64,000 nt of DNA from Trichosphaerium sp. ATCC 40318 (Eukaryota; Protista; Tubulinea): assembly GCA_038496445.1 (NCBI GenBank), contig JALMLS010000640.1, positions 62,001-126,000 of the forward strand, read 5' to 3'. The notes below the pieces were generated by a model, which made no database searches, had not been told where the DNA came from, and saw nothing but the letters and a program-made list of their open reading frames with translations. This document shows, piece by piece, positions 35,547 through 48,638 of the stretch. Each line of letters starts with the position of its first letter. Positions within the stretch are counted from its first letter, which is position 1. A program made the translations under genes and the position numbers.

Positions 35547-38134
35547 TTATCTTAAACTCCATACCCTTATTGTCCTGTCGTCTGATGCAGACACAAAAAA
35601 AGTTGGGTTTGAAGTTGTTGAAGCAACATGACTGACAGGTCCTGTGTGACTGTCTAATTTATGCAAAAGTCTTCCTGTACGTTTATCCCATACATGTACA
35701 CGTGAATCTTCGCTTCCAGATATAACAAGGCTTTCTCTTGGACCAGCAAAACAAGATCTAATTACAAAACGTCCTTGACGCATACCAGCAAATTTTTGAA
35801 TAACACAATGATTTTTGAGATCGTATAGAGTTATTTCTTGAATCTAATAGAAGAAGTAAGTACCTAAAACCTAACAAAAATAATACAGAGAACCACAGGC
35901 TCAAAATCGACGAGTAAAAAAAATTAAGCAAGAACTTTTTTGCAGCGTAATTTTCTGATTTTTTTCTTATTTTCTTTCGTTCTTGAAACGTACTGGAAAT
36001 ACGCCAACGTGAGGTGTTGATCTTGTGGTCATATTCAAAAGAGCGTGATCACCACTACTAGAAATACAAAATGATGTCATTGTAGCCCAACCTATCTCCT
36101 GACTGTGTAATTCTTTATCTGATGCCAAATTATAAAAGTTTAGATGCTTTGTTTGACAAGCCACTATTAATGTGCTACTGATAGGATTTATATGAAGATC
36201 GTGTACTATCCCAGTAATCCTATAAAAATCATTTGTACATAACAAAGTGAAATAATCAGGTATGCCGATGAAGCATCGGTTGGAGTAAAACAACAACAAA
36301 AAAAATAAAAGATTTTACAAGAGTTACTGATGCACATCTACTGTATATCGAAAATTTAGACTACAGTTGACAAACTTGAAATACTATTATCAATACTTTA
36401 AAAAAACGTACCAGCTTCTGAGTATGTTTCCGTGAATGTCAACCAAATAGATCTAAAAAAAATCCACTAAGTAAAACAGTTTTTGTTATTTTTTTTTCCT
36501 TTCTTACTTTACTGTCTAGACCAGCAGATACAAATTGCAATTTTTTAGGGACCCATGAAGCAGCACTTACTGTATCTTTATGTTTAAATACAGTAAGTAT
36601 TTTATTTTTCTAAACTCATTGTTAAGAGCACTGTCGGTATTTTATGAAAATTCAAAAAAAAATATGCAAAAAATTGTCTTGGTTGTCGTACTGCTGTATC
36701 CCAAACACAAACATTCCTTCCGCCAACTGTAATTAAGTACTCACCATTGTAACTCCAATCAAGATAACTAATAGGAAAGTTGTGCCCAACCTAAACAAGT
36801 TAGCAAGCACTCAAGAGTAACAACCGATTTTCTGTCTAAGCAGTCACAGAAAACGTCGAGAATTCTTTTAATCGTGTAATGTATAATGCCGTACAAGGTG
36901 TGAGACCATTGAAATATTAGAGCTATCTGTACAATTCCATATAATACAAGTTTTATCCTTTGACGCCGAAGCAAAACGTGTTCCATCAGGATTAAACGAA
37001 ATGTACCAAACTTCATCATCATGACCACGTAGAATAGATGTCATGCGCGGAATTGCTTCATATGTACTAGCAGGAGCATCATAAAGTAACCCTGTGACTG
37101 AGTCGCCACCATCAAGAGCTAGAGAATCTCATAAATGACTTTTCCAAAAAAAGCAAAAAAACTGAGTTTTCAGTGAGATACATGTTACTATTACATACGT
37201 GTCCCTACTGATCGTTTAAGAAGCGTCAAAAGTCTATCAGGATGCACTAATCTAACTCACATTAGCATACGCTGAAGGTACTCAAAATAACACCAGAAAA
37301 CTCACTTCTCTCTTGGAATACAGCCATGTACTGTACTAAGGAGTTCAAGCCTACTGCCTCCTTGTACTCCTGGCCAAACGGCTCTAGCTCTTAAAACTGC
37401 ACTGTTACTAGCCAAGACATAACTAAGAAGAGTGTAAGCCTGCCAGGATTACCGAAATAAACTAAAACAGCAAAAAATCTGAATGGCTTCAGAGAAAAAG
37501 GAGTTTGTCTGTGTTCTTGTCGCCATGTATACCTTGACATCTCTTTTATCACTGGTTGAGTAGCATACGGTGTTACCATCACTCGTAGAGTTTCTATAGC
37601 GTTGGTGATGTCACCAACGTCGAGCAGTTCAAGGTACATTTCTCTACCGAGGGCTACGCGCAGTTTCTAAGGGACTTGTATGAGTTTTAAACCGAAAAGA
37701 GTAAATATAAAGCTCGGTATGTTGTAGCACTGGAATTCAAGGATTTGATGCAGTCATAAGCTACTAAATACGCGAAAGAAGAGGTTTTTGACGATGGCAG
37801 TGATTTTTTTAATCTTTGATTGTGGTGATTTTGCAGATCGGAGAAGCGAATAGAGCTAGTTTAGTCATTTAACGTACACGTTCATTTTCGGTGGATAGAT
37901 TTAGACGTGGGATGAGTGCTTGCGCTTCAGGCCACTTTCCTTGTGTTACAGCGGCTTTAAACTGCGTTATCAGCGGGTCTTCAAGTTGTATACTGGCCTG
38001 CTTCACCAACAGCTCGGCTGGTTGGTTGTACCCCATGGACTGCAGCTGCAACGCTATTATACGAATAACGTCCTGTATGTAAATCGTTAGTACGCATTTT
38101 CGCAAGGTATTTGTACGTCTTTGTTGATGTCCAT
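35547..38134 (-). CDS. WDR26: LisH/CTLH + WD40 protein WDR26/GID7
   Basis: [15 protein letters not shown] (LisH), [10 protein letters not shown] (CTLH), [29 protein letters not shown]...[11 protein letters not shown]. Confidence 0.92.
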
Positions 38135-38293
38135 GTTCTTTGTACACTGACTGTCAGTACAGCTGATGGTAGGTGTCAAATTGAAGTTAAGAGTTGCTGA
38201 AATCGTAACGGCGTCGAATCAAAGGTAGTCTTCTGTGAGATATTTTTAGACCCAAATTGTAAGAAAAAGAATTTAATAACCGTTTTCGCTACA

Positions 38294-40818
38294 ATGAGTA
38301 AAGCTGACGAAAGAAGCGATAAACGCGGGTTCAAAAAGCGAGCATGGACCCGTTCGCCCAACAAGATTCGCTTGCTCCAAATGTACTGTTACATTAAGAT
38401 TTAAAACCTTACATTCCGCTCCAGGTACAATACGAGAGCGAAACGTGATGCTAAGGGCAATGTACTCTACGAAAAATACCAAAGCAAAAGTGTTGATCAC
38501 GACACAAGAATTGCCCCGGATATTAGGTGGTTTACGCCTAGTAGATCGCTCCACCAACAAGACATGGATCGATTTCGAGAAGAACTAAAGAAACAAAGCC
38601 AAGACCCGTATACAATTACGCTAAGACAGCGAAAAGTTCCATATTCGCTCTTACAAGACGCCAAAGCGGTAATGGAATTTAATTACATTTTTTTAATGCT
38701 TAATATTGCTCTAGCAAGGCCGTATGCATATTTTAGAGACAGAATCATTCGAAAATACGTTCGGACCAAGGTCACAACGCAAAAGACCAAAACTAGAGTG
38801 TTACGACTTGAAAGAATTAGCAGAAAAGGGAAGCAGTAAATTTGATGCTTACAACGCTGATGACGACAGAAATATTGAAAGAACACTTGATTATGTTGAC
38901 GCAGCAAGAGAACCAATTTTTTCAAAGGGAACATCAAAACGTCTTTGGACGGAACTGTGGAAGGTTGTAGATTCTTCTGATGTTATTATTCAAGTCATTG
39001 ATGCCCGTGATCCAGTAGGAACACGTTCATTATCTCTAGAAAAGAAGGTTAGTGTCAAACAAGACAAATTCTATGAGTTTGCATTCACAGAAACTTGTGT
39101 CACTTTTTTTTCCCACAAACACTTCTATCTGCTTCCCTCTTACTCACCTCATTTTTTAGATTAAAAAAGATAGACCACATAAGCACATTGTATTGTTGCT
39201 CAACAAATGTGACTTGGTACCTCCTTCAGTAACCAAGAGATGGCTTAAAATATTACGCAAAGAGCGCCCTACTGTTGCTTTTCAAGCATCTATTAAGGCA
39301 CCTTTTGGTAAAGGCGCACTTATTCAAGTATTGCGTCAATTCGCAAAACTCATGTCACAACCTTCAATTACAGTTGGATTCATTGGTTACCCTAACGTTG
39401 GCAAGAGTTCCGTTGTAAATACTCTAAAGCGTAAAACTGTCTGTTTGGCAGCACCAGTACCAGGACACACAAAGGTACTTGAACATAGGCCCTAACAATA
39501 CACGCTTAGCGTGTTTAGTTAGCTCGTGTTTTTTTTTTTCAAGACATTTTTTGATCAATACTCTGTGATTATATTTCGTCCGATCCCCTGATTATTATTG
39601 ATTATTCAATACGATTGCTGAGAGTTTTAATTTTTCCATCAAGACCTTTTTTTTTTGGGTTTTTCTGTTTACGTACAACTTGTATTCATCGTGTTATTAG
39701 GTTTGGCAATACGTTCGCTTGTTTTCATCAATATTTCTTATCGACAGTCCCGGGGTTGTTCTACCAGGCCAGAATTCTGACGCTGATGCTGTATTGCGTG
39801 GTGTAGTTCGTGTAGAAAACGTTGAAGAGCCAGAACAATATATTCCAGAGCTATTTAAGCGAACAAACCCACGTTATATCGCTGATACTTATGGTGTTAC
39901 AAAGTACAGAGATCCAGCTCACTTTCTAGAGATTTATTGCAAACAATGCGGATTTTTGAAAAAGGTACGCAGCTGACTCTGCTTGACATCCATCCTCCAT
40001 CTGGAATTCTAGCTTTTTTTTTTTCAATCTTTTTCTTTTTGCCTGTGTTCGCTTTTTCTCAAGTTTTGTCTTAATAGGGAGGTGAACCAAACATTTCTCA
40101 AGCCGCTATAAGGATTTTGAGGGATTGGCAACGTGGTAGAATCCCATATTTTGTTCCTCCACCAGAACCTGCAGAAGGACCAGCTGAAAAACCTCTTGGC
40201 CTACTAGACACTGTACGCTTTATAACTTATAATGAAAACAACAGCACCCAGGCCTTATACTTCTCCTAGGTTGACCAAAAGGTTCAAGAGTTTATTGAAG
40301 AGACACTGGATGAAGCAAACGAAGAAAATGAAGAAGCTGAAGGTGTAGAAGTTGAAAATGACGAAAACGTCGAAGATGAGGATGAAGAAGCTGACACTGA
40401 GCAACCAGATAAAAGACCAAAAGCTTTAACTGAAGATGACCTCCTTGCTGACCCAGAACTTGCTCCTGGACAAGATACCGAAGAACTTGCTCAAAAACAT
40501 AATTTTACCGACGATGGAACACAAGATGAAGTAGATTGGGATACTATTAGCTCTCAATTGTTTGGTGGTGGAGCAAAAGAACCAACTAAGAAAAAAAAAG
40601 GAAAGAAGGGCAAAAAAAAAGATACAAAGCGTAAACGTACGTTCATCGTTTGGGTTACTCCTCTTTCTTTTTTTTCAACTGTTTTGGATTGTTTCTAAAA
40701 GGATTTAGGCGAAAGAAGTCTCACAGGACGTGAATCACGTGATAGAAAAGCAAAAAGACAAAAAGAAGCAAATAACTTCCAAGTTGTTGCTAAGAAGCAA
40801 AATTTCAAGCCATTTTAA
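38294..40818 (+). CDS. NOG2: Nucleolar GTP-binding protein 2 (NOG2/GNL2)
   Basis: RIAPDIRWF, KGTSKRLWTELWKVVDSSDV, LNKCDL, GFIGYPNVGKSS, IDSPG, DWQRGRIPYF. Confidence 0.96.
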
Positions 40819-41023
40819 GGCAACAACACGTTGTACCATAAAAGAATAAAAAAAATAACGAATTAATGTCTTACTGTCATTTTTGGCGCCATTGTTTGTA
40901 CTACCACTACGTAACGTAACAGCAAGCCAGCTAATTGACAGGACGCACAAGGGGTAGACTACACAAGTACTTTTTTGAATTTGTGACATTTTTTTTCATC
41001 AATATCGCTCAATAATTCGATGC

Positions 41024-41942
41024 ATGGACAGCACTATGTTCACTGATGAAGTCCCTACAACTACAACAAGCAAAATAACAAAGAGGAAACGAAAACAGAA
41101 CACCCCTTTGCCAAAGTTAGCTAAAAAGCGTAAAACAATAACGCTGACTGCTGTACGCGTATAATTATGAACTGTGTATGTTGGTTTATTTCGTGTAGAG
41201 CGATAAAAAACCACAATACGAGCTGTTCTTTAAACAACCAGGCGCCCGCGTTTACGCACCTCGTACTCCTTCGGATTTGAAGCGAGTCAAAACAGTACTG
41301 GCCACAAAGGCACAAGCGCTCTACAGTGAGCTTAAAAATACTCTGAATGCACACAACTCTGTACTAGAAGGAGAAAACGAATGGTTAAAAAAAGCCTTGG
41401 CGGATGAAAAAAGAATATCAAAAAACCTAAAGAAAGAACTCAAAGACACTCAAAAACTGGTAAAGGAGTACAGTAGAACAAACTCTAGCAGTGAGGGTAT
41501 CGAAATACTAACACAACTATTGGATGTACAAACAGAGTTATCTAATATTGATGCAATTACATCAAGGAAGGAGCGTGAGAAAGCTTATCAAGAAATATCA
41601 CAATTGGTTTGTGAAAATAAAAATTTAAGAGAAACAATAGACGAGCTTAACAAGGCGTTGTCTATTGAGAAACAGCTCTCTAAAGAGATGCCTGATCTAC
41701 TAGACTTTGCAGAGTATTCACAGGTACAAATAAGAGATATGAAGGTATTACTAGAAAAGAAGGAGAATGAGAAGTTCAAGATTGGTATTTGTTTATTTGA
41801 AGAGAAAAAAAAAGTAAAGACTTTACAAGAGATGAATATAGCTCAGACAAAAATGATAGAGGCACAAGCAGCTGAGATTAAATCACTTAAAGAGAAGATT
41901 GAAGGAAAACCAAAAGTTTTACCCGAGTATACGTTTTTGTAG
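41024..41942 (+). CDS. Coiled-coil protein with N-terminal NLS, paralog A (1 intron)
   Basis: Exon 1 KRKRKQ...KKRKTITL splices in frame to the 221-aa coiled-coil ORF; ends LPEYTFL*. Confidence 0.7.
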
Positions 41943-42472
41943 AGGAGAGCGAGAGCAAGAGAGCGAGAGAGCGAGTAAGCCGGTTTTGTCAAAAATTTTT
42001 GATGGAAGTTTTTTTTTTGTACTCACAACTACCCGCCCTTCACCACTGACATAACTGGTTTTGTACTTTTAAATAAATAAAAATAAAATCTACAACACAG
42101 TAATGTTTTTTTCTGTGTTTGATGATTGTGAATTGAGTATCACTCAAGTTAAAGACTGTGTTGACTTTTGGCCAGAAATTTTTTTTTGGGTGACATTTTG
42201 ACTGCAGTTTAACTTGAGTGGTATGCACAATAACGTCTTCAGGTTACACAAAATCAAATGGCTGTGCAATAACACGTGATGCTCACGTATTAATAAGTGA
42301 TCATCGAATAAAACGTTGTGTCATCTAGAAAACTTTCGGCAAGTCTACGACAGGCTACAATTGTAACACGTGCTTTCACGTGAAACTGAAAATTGTTTCA
42401 GTTTTCATTGAAACTAATATTTTTACATAGTTCACAACACAAAAACCTCATAATCTCCTGTTGGCAGCATAC

Positions 42473-43366
42473 ATGAGCACACTCAGTCTATGTACGGCTA
42501 TAATATTGGCTTTTATCTAAATATAGCTTTGTATAGCCGTCAGCACTGATATTACACGAGTAGAGAGTATTTTAGGCCTTCCAGCTGAAATAACAGCGCT
42601 AATACTATATTTCTGTCCAAAACGTGTTAATGCATCTTTAACTTGCTGGCATATTCGTAATATAGTCCACAACCACGTTGGTTACAGCCCCATAGCAATA
42701 AAGGACGTTAAGGCGTTTGCATTCCTTCAAAACAGCCCTTTACTCCGCAATACGCCTGTCGCACGCGCTCCGCTTGGTGGTACAACGGACGCATGTCTAG
42801 AGCTAATCGCAGGCATACACTCCATAAATCTTAACAGCTGCTTCAAAGTCACCAATAAAGGCGTTGCGGCTCTTGCTGGCGTACATACTATTGATCTGGG
42901 GTATTGTAGCAACATTTCCGATGAAGGTGTCAAGGCTCTCGGAGGTGTACACACGATTAACTTGATGTTCACAAAAGTTACAGATGAAGGGATTAAAGCG
43001 TTAAAAGGTGTTTATGATATAAACCTCACTAAAACAAGTGTGACACAAGAAGGTTTAAAAGCGATTGCAGGTGTTCATAAGATTAATCTTACTGGCTGTA
43101 TTGTTACTGATGATGGAATGAAAGAGCTCGCTGGTGTACATACTATTGTGCTTCAGTATACTAATATTACAGATGAAGGTGTTAAGGCTCTTGCTGGTGT
43201 TTATGATATCAATCTTTCTCATTGTGAACATGTTACTGATGAAGGTGTTAAAGCGCTTGTAGGTGTTCATACTATTGATGTTACACAGACATGTGTTAAT
43301 GAAGAAACAATGCAAAAACTTAATGCTGATAATAATATGACTAAATTCTATGCGAGGCACATGTAG
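42473..43366 (+). CDS. F-box + ~22-aa LRR protein, copy 2 (one short 5' intron)
   Basis: The frame is open well upstream of the listed ORF: ILGLPAEITALILYF...NHVG...SPLLRNT, then LAGVHTIDL..ISDEGVKAL repeats. Confidence 0.88.
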
Positions 43367-44478
43367 TTTAAAGGAAAATAAAGAAAGGCATCGACAAAAA
43401 TTGCTGTGATTTTTGCTTTTTGCTCACAGAATTTGATTAGCAGTTCGTTAACCTTCTACTGTATATGACGTGGCATGTGCTACATGTACCGATGAATTAA
43501 TGAGTGGTTTTTAAGCCGTCGTGTAGTACAAACACCAAATTACAACCATGATAGCAAGTCATGTCTTGGTACCAATGATGCGTTATGTAATTTTAGGTCA
43601 CGTGTTGCCGTGTAAGGCTCCAGTTGTTAGTACGCTCTTAGAATAATACCTATATATGTAATAGATTAAATATGGTGGTCATCATATTTAAATAACAAAA
43701 CAGCACAACATTTTGTTCAGCACGTAAAATGACTAAAGGTAAAAAAATCGGAAAAAAATAGGAATATAATAATTCTGTAGATATTGTATGTTTTTATTCG
43801 AGTTTCTTTTCATACACTCAGTCGTCTGACCTCGATCAGACTTTTGTTTGGCTGACTTATAGATGTTCTTAAGTCTGCCCTTACACTTGTGATGATACTG
43901 CCTGTAGATAATGTACCAGATGGCAATTCTTGAGTAGATTGTCAGAATTTCATTGTCCGTAGTGGGAGAGGGTCAGGGAGGTGATTGGGGCCATGCCGCA
44001 GGAGTACATACGTATTAGACTATTCATAGATTGATTGAGCAACAATTCGCGAATGTTGGGATTTGTTTAGGAATTCTTGTGTTGTGTTTACGGCCACTAC
44101 ACCAGTTTTGTAGTTCAAAGTCAATATTTATGAACTATGCATTTAATAATAAGCTGTACATCTACCCTCTTCTTTTGATATCTCTGTAAACACTTGCTGA
44201 TGAGATTACAATCTTCGGAAGGTTATTCTGTGTACTCAAGTCATCTCATTGCAATACACACTCATTCAATCGTACCCAAATGGGATTATTGCACTTCTTT
44301 TTTTATCAATAATCCGTGTCAACTCCAGAGATTGTGAAGCGCTCAAAATTTAGTTACTGTATAACTATTAAGCGCTGGGTTGTTTATTGCCCCAAAACAC
44401 CACTATTTTCTATTTACAATGTTGCTAAATAAGCCTGTGCTACTTTTTACAAAGAATGTATCTACTATGCTGACACTT

Positions 44479-45471
44479 TTAAATCCATTCGAATTCTGGC
44501 ATAGGTTCTTCCTTTTCTTTTTCTTCTTGTTCATTTGACATATCAATCACTTTCTGTTGTCGTCTGATCTTCCTTTTCAGCTTCTTGACCTTCGTTTTAT
44601 AATAATCGTTATTGTTCTCTAGAATCTGTGCTCCTTTAATTATACTCTTATTTCGTCTTGAAATCATCTGTTTAAGCTGTCGTATTGCCTCTCCCTGCAT
44701 TATTATTGTGTTGTCTTTCTGCATGTCTCTTTCTTCCATGACTTTTAAATGCTCCTTTTGTTTCTCAATCTGCTCTAAACAAGCAACATTAAGAGCCTTA
44801 TGAGCCGCATTCTCCTTCGCATGGTACTCTACAAGAGAACAGACTTCATTTTCGTGATTAGCTTCAATTTCACGTGCTTCCATTTTTGATAATGCCAACG
44901 AGTCGTGTGATTTCTCTAAATGCCACTCAAGCGTTTCTACGCGCTTTTTAAGCGATTTTTTGGATGCAAGCGCTTTTTGTTTCTGTTTTTCTTGCTGAGC
45001 GGCATAATGACGCGTGGCTTCAAGCCTCGCATTAAGAGCTGTCGCGTAATCGGTGATTTGCTCGATTTTAAACTTATAACCTTCTTCTCTTATTTTAGCC
45101 TCTTCTATTTCTTCTTGAAGCGCTGCTATCTTTCTCTTTACCTTCTTGGCTATTTCAACGTCTGCTGCTTTGATTATACGTTTTAAGTCGCTGATGGACG
45201 TGTCATCATCTCTAGACATCCTATTGCGATCGCATGTTAGTACTATATAACGCAACGCATTGATGAACTAACCTGATAATTTCAGCGCCATTTTGTTGTC
45301 TTGTTCGAGGAATCGCTCTAACAGGCACAAAAGCCCTTGATGTTGATCCACGAACCTACCGTAAGTGTGCGCTGTTCGGCTTCCCGCGATATTCACAATT
45401 ATCCTTCTTCTTTTTACTTGAGGATACTGTTCATACTCTCTCGTACGCTTTCTAGTCTCGTTTTCATCCAT
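44479..45471 (-). CDS. Coiled-coil protein with N-terminal NLS, paralog B
   Basis: RKRTRE...VKRRRIIV exon; SDLKRI; long heptads; ends MPEFEWI*. The intron structure is tentative. Confidence 0.65.
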
Positions 45472-45762
45472 TTGAGCTGCTAGAGACAGTGCACTAAAAA
45501 CTTAATGTGGATAAGCGGTATTACAAAATGTAAATCAAGTGGGGGCACGTTCCAGCCACTGACAGAACGGTGGAGCGCCGTAGATAGGATACAGCCTTTG
45601 TATTAATAGTCACTAGCATGTCTACCTTCCTCACGATGACTTCACTCCACCATCAAGCGCACTTTTTCACAAAGTTTTAATTTTATTAAGCTGGTACAAT
45701 TAAAAAAAAGAGATTTCTCTTCAAAAGGGATCTTGTTTTGTTTTTTTTTGGGTTTGCTCTTT

Positions 45763-47705
45763 TTATATCAAATCCTGGACACTCATTGGCATTTCATCGA
45801 TTTGCGTGGCGTAGAATTGTTCAATATCTCTCAAAATCCTGATGTCATCGCTTGTGACAAAGTTGATGGCAACACCCTTCTTACCGAAACGACCTGAACG
45901 ACCAATTCTAAAGAAAAAAAAAAGTAAGCCAAAAATAATATTTTTGTTAGTTGAATGCGCCTTGGCGCCATTTCTTTAAACGTACCTGTGAATGTAAAGT
46001 TCGCGGTTATTTGGAAGATCGTAGTTGATTACAAGAGACACTTGTGATACATCAAGACCACGCGCCCAAACGTCAGTAGTGATCAATACTCGGCTAAAAT
46101 ATAAAATTAACAAAAACGCTCAACAACATAACAAGCTCTGTAATAACGTACTATTCAGCTTGTCTGAAAGCTTTCATGATCTCGTCACGCTCAGCTTGTT
46201 CCATCTCACCATGCATTGCAACAACAGTGAAGTTGTTTCCACGCATTTTGTCAGCGAGCCAGGTTACCTAAGAGCGACTGTAAGTAAATAGAGAAAACCA
46301 AAACAAAGATTAAGAATTTTTGACACAATTGCATCAAAAAAAACCTCCAAAATAATTATACGTCTATACATACCTTTTTTCTGGTGTTGCAGAAGATAAC
46401 AGCTTGTGTAATGGTAAGGGTATCGTATAAATCGCACAAAGTGTCGAATTTCCACTGTTCTTTCTCCACAGCGACGAAAAATTGCTTAATGCCCTGAAGC
46501 GTAAGTTCATCACGCTTAACCAAGATACGAATAGGATCACGCATGAATTTGCCTGTAATTTCCAATACTTCACGAGGAAGTGTAGCAGAAACAAGAACAA
46601 CTTGAGTTGTAGGTGGCAAGTATCTTAAAAACAAATAAGCGTCCATTGCAACCAAAAAAACGACTAGTTTTCTATTTCTTTTAACAGGAATTTTGGGCAT
46701 ATTAACGCCCCTCATGACTCAAAATACTGTCAAGTAGGGGAGCTGGATATCCCGTTGCAAAAATAATTTATAAATTCGTTGCAAAAGAAGTCTAATAGCT
46801 GAATAATAAGGTTACCTGTAAATATCATAGATCTGCTCTTTAAAACCTCTACTCAACATTTCATCAGCCTCATCGAGAACCAATACTTTAATGTTACGAG
46901 TTTGAAGATGTTTACGACGAATCATATCTTATAAAAGTCAGTACTGACGCATGGTACATGTCACAAATTTACAAAAAAAAAGAGAAAAAAATAGCATGAC
47001 TAATCATGTCAAAGTACTCACCATAAACACGTCCAGGAGTTCCAGAAACGACTTGTACGCCATAATCAAGTTTACGTATATCTTCACCCATGCTCTGGCC
47101 ACCAATACAGCAATGTATATCAATGCTCATGTAATTGCCGAGAATGTACATTACTTTTTGAATTTGTTGAGCCAATTCTCTTGTAGGGGATAGAACAAGC
47201 GCTTGTGTTTGGCGGACAGAAGAATCAACCTTGTTTAGGATGCCCATAGAGAAAAATGCCGTTTTACCGGTACCAGATTGTGACTGGGCAATAAGATCTC
47301 TGCCTTGGTTCATAGGAACGATAGCACGTTGCTGAATAGCTGAAGGCTTTTCAAAACCTGATTAAAAGAGTTAGGCTTACGCTAATTGGGTTTGCGCGAA
47401 CCATAGTGGAAGATTCCGCGTAGGAGATCGTCATTTAGGTTCATGCTATCAAAGGACGGATAGATTTTTACGCTTTTGCTCGTTGTAAAATCAGTATCAT
47501 CTGGATTATCAACTAAAGCGTTTTAGACGGTGGCCAAAAAGATCCAGTAGATCTCACAAAAACGACGACTTTTTGAGTATTACGCTTTAGAAGCTTGCGT
47601 ATAATTTAATGTCGCGTTTTAAAATTAATTAGGTTTGGTTTTTAGCTCCAGATTTAATCTTGCTTAGTTTAAACTACTGCACATACCACCACCTCTTCTT
47701 GCCAT
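45763..47705 (-). CDS. EIF4A3: DEAD-box helicase eIF4A-III (EJC core)
   Basis: [75 protein letters not shown]. Confidence 0.97.
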
Positions 47706-47886
47706 AGCTAATCTCTGTGTGTTAATGAAACGGCAACGCAAACGCTATGAAATTAAGGGTGAAAAAAACTCGCACAGCAAAAAAGTCGGACTTGTCTTGA
47801 ATTATTTTTCTTTGTAGTTGATTTTATGGTACATTGAACATTGTCATGTGATGTTTGAACATCCTGTCACGTAGTGCAACAAAAAG

Positions 47887-48461
47887 TCATGCCATGCTCG
47901 GAAAGACATGAAAAAAATGATACACCTCGTCTTCATCGCGGACGCCAACTTCAGCATCACATTGCTCACAGTGAACAGGATTATAAGACTCCTCAATGCC
48001 TGTTTCTTCATCAGTGTATTTCATCACCTGGTCTTCTTTGACAGCGCAGTCTTCAGTTACAAATACTGCTCTATACTGTGTCTTGTAGCTGGCGTGTCTA
48101 GTAATTATTAGATTTGACACGCAAAATGTCTTGCAATGCAACAAAATTATGCGTACCGTTGTGATATGTAGCATACAGTGGCGAAGCAGCAAGGGCAGTT
48201 CAAAACAGCGTCTGTTGGATACTTTTTACCGTTTACTATTTGTTCCAGTTAGTACGAGTAGTATTAGGCGCTGGTAACGTACCTGTAAAGAGCTTTTTCG
48301 AAACCCACTTTGCATCACGCTCGTCCCTTGATTTATCGTAAGACTTATCGTCCTTTGTTACACCAGTCTCTTCGTGGAACCTGAAGCCGTTTAATTGATA
48401 TTGTATGATTTACAATAATTAATCTATCAAAAACGTACCAGCGGTCGTCGTCATCATCCAT
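47887..48461 (-). CDS. EAPP: E2F-associated phosphoprotein (EAPP) family protein
   Basis: TDAVLNCPCCFATVC..SQRHASYKTQYRAVFV...YNPVHCEQCDAEVGVRDEDEVYHFFHV. Confidence 0.88.
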
Positions 48462-48638
48462 AGTTGCTTTTCACGCGTAATAAGCTGCTAAAATTGATTG
48501 TCAATAAGTTATTATTTGAGATAGCAAAGCGAAAGGAGTGTACTGAATAATATCACGGCAGCAATTGCGCAATTGTTGAGATGACGTTTGAGTCTAATGT
48601 AGCAGCTACTTAAGCCACACTGTGCCAAACAATTTTGA

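Noticed and set aside
41941-41976. GA-rich tract after the coiled-coil gene
   Set aside because: Short degenerate (GAGAGC)n microsatellite with no further support.
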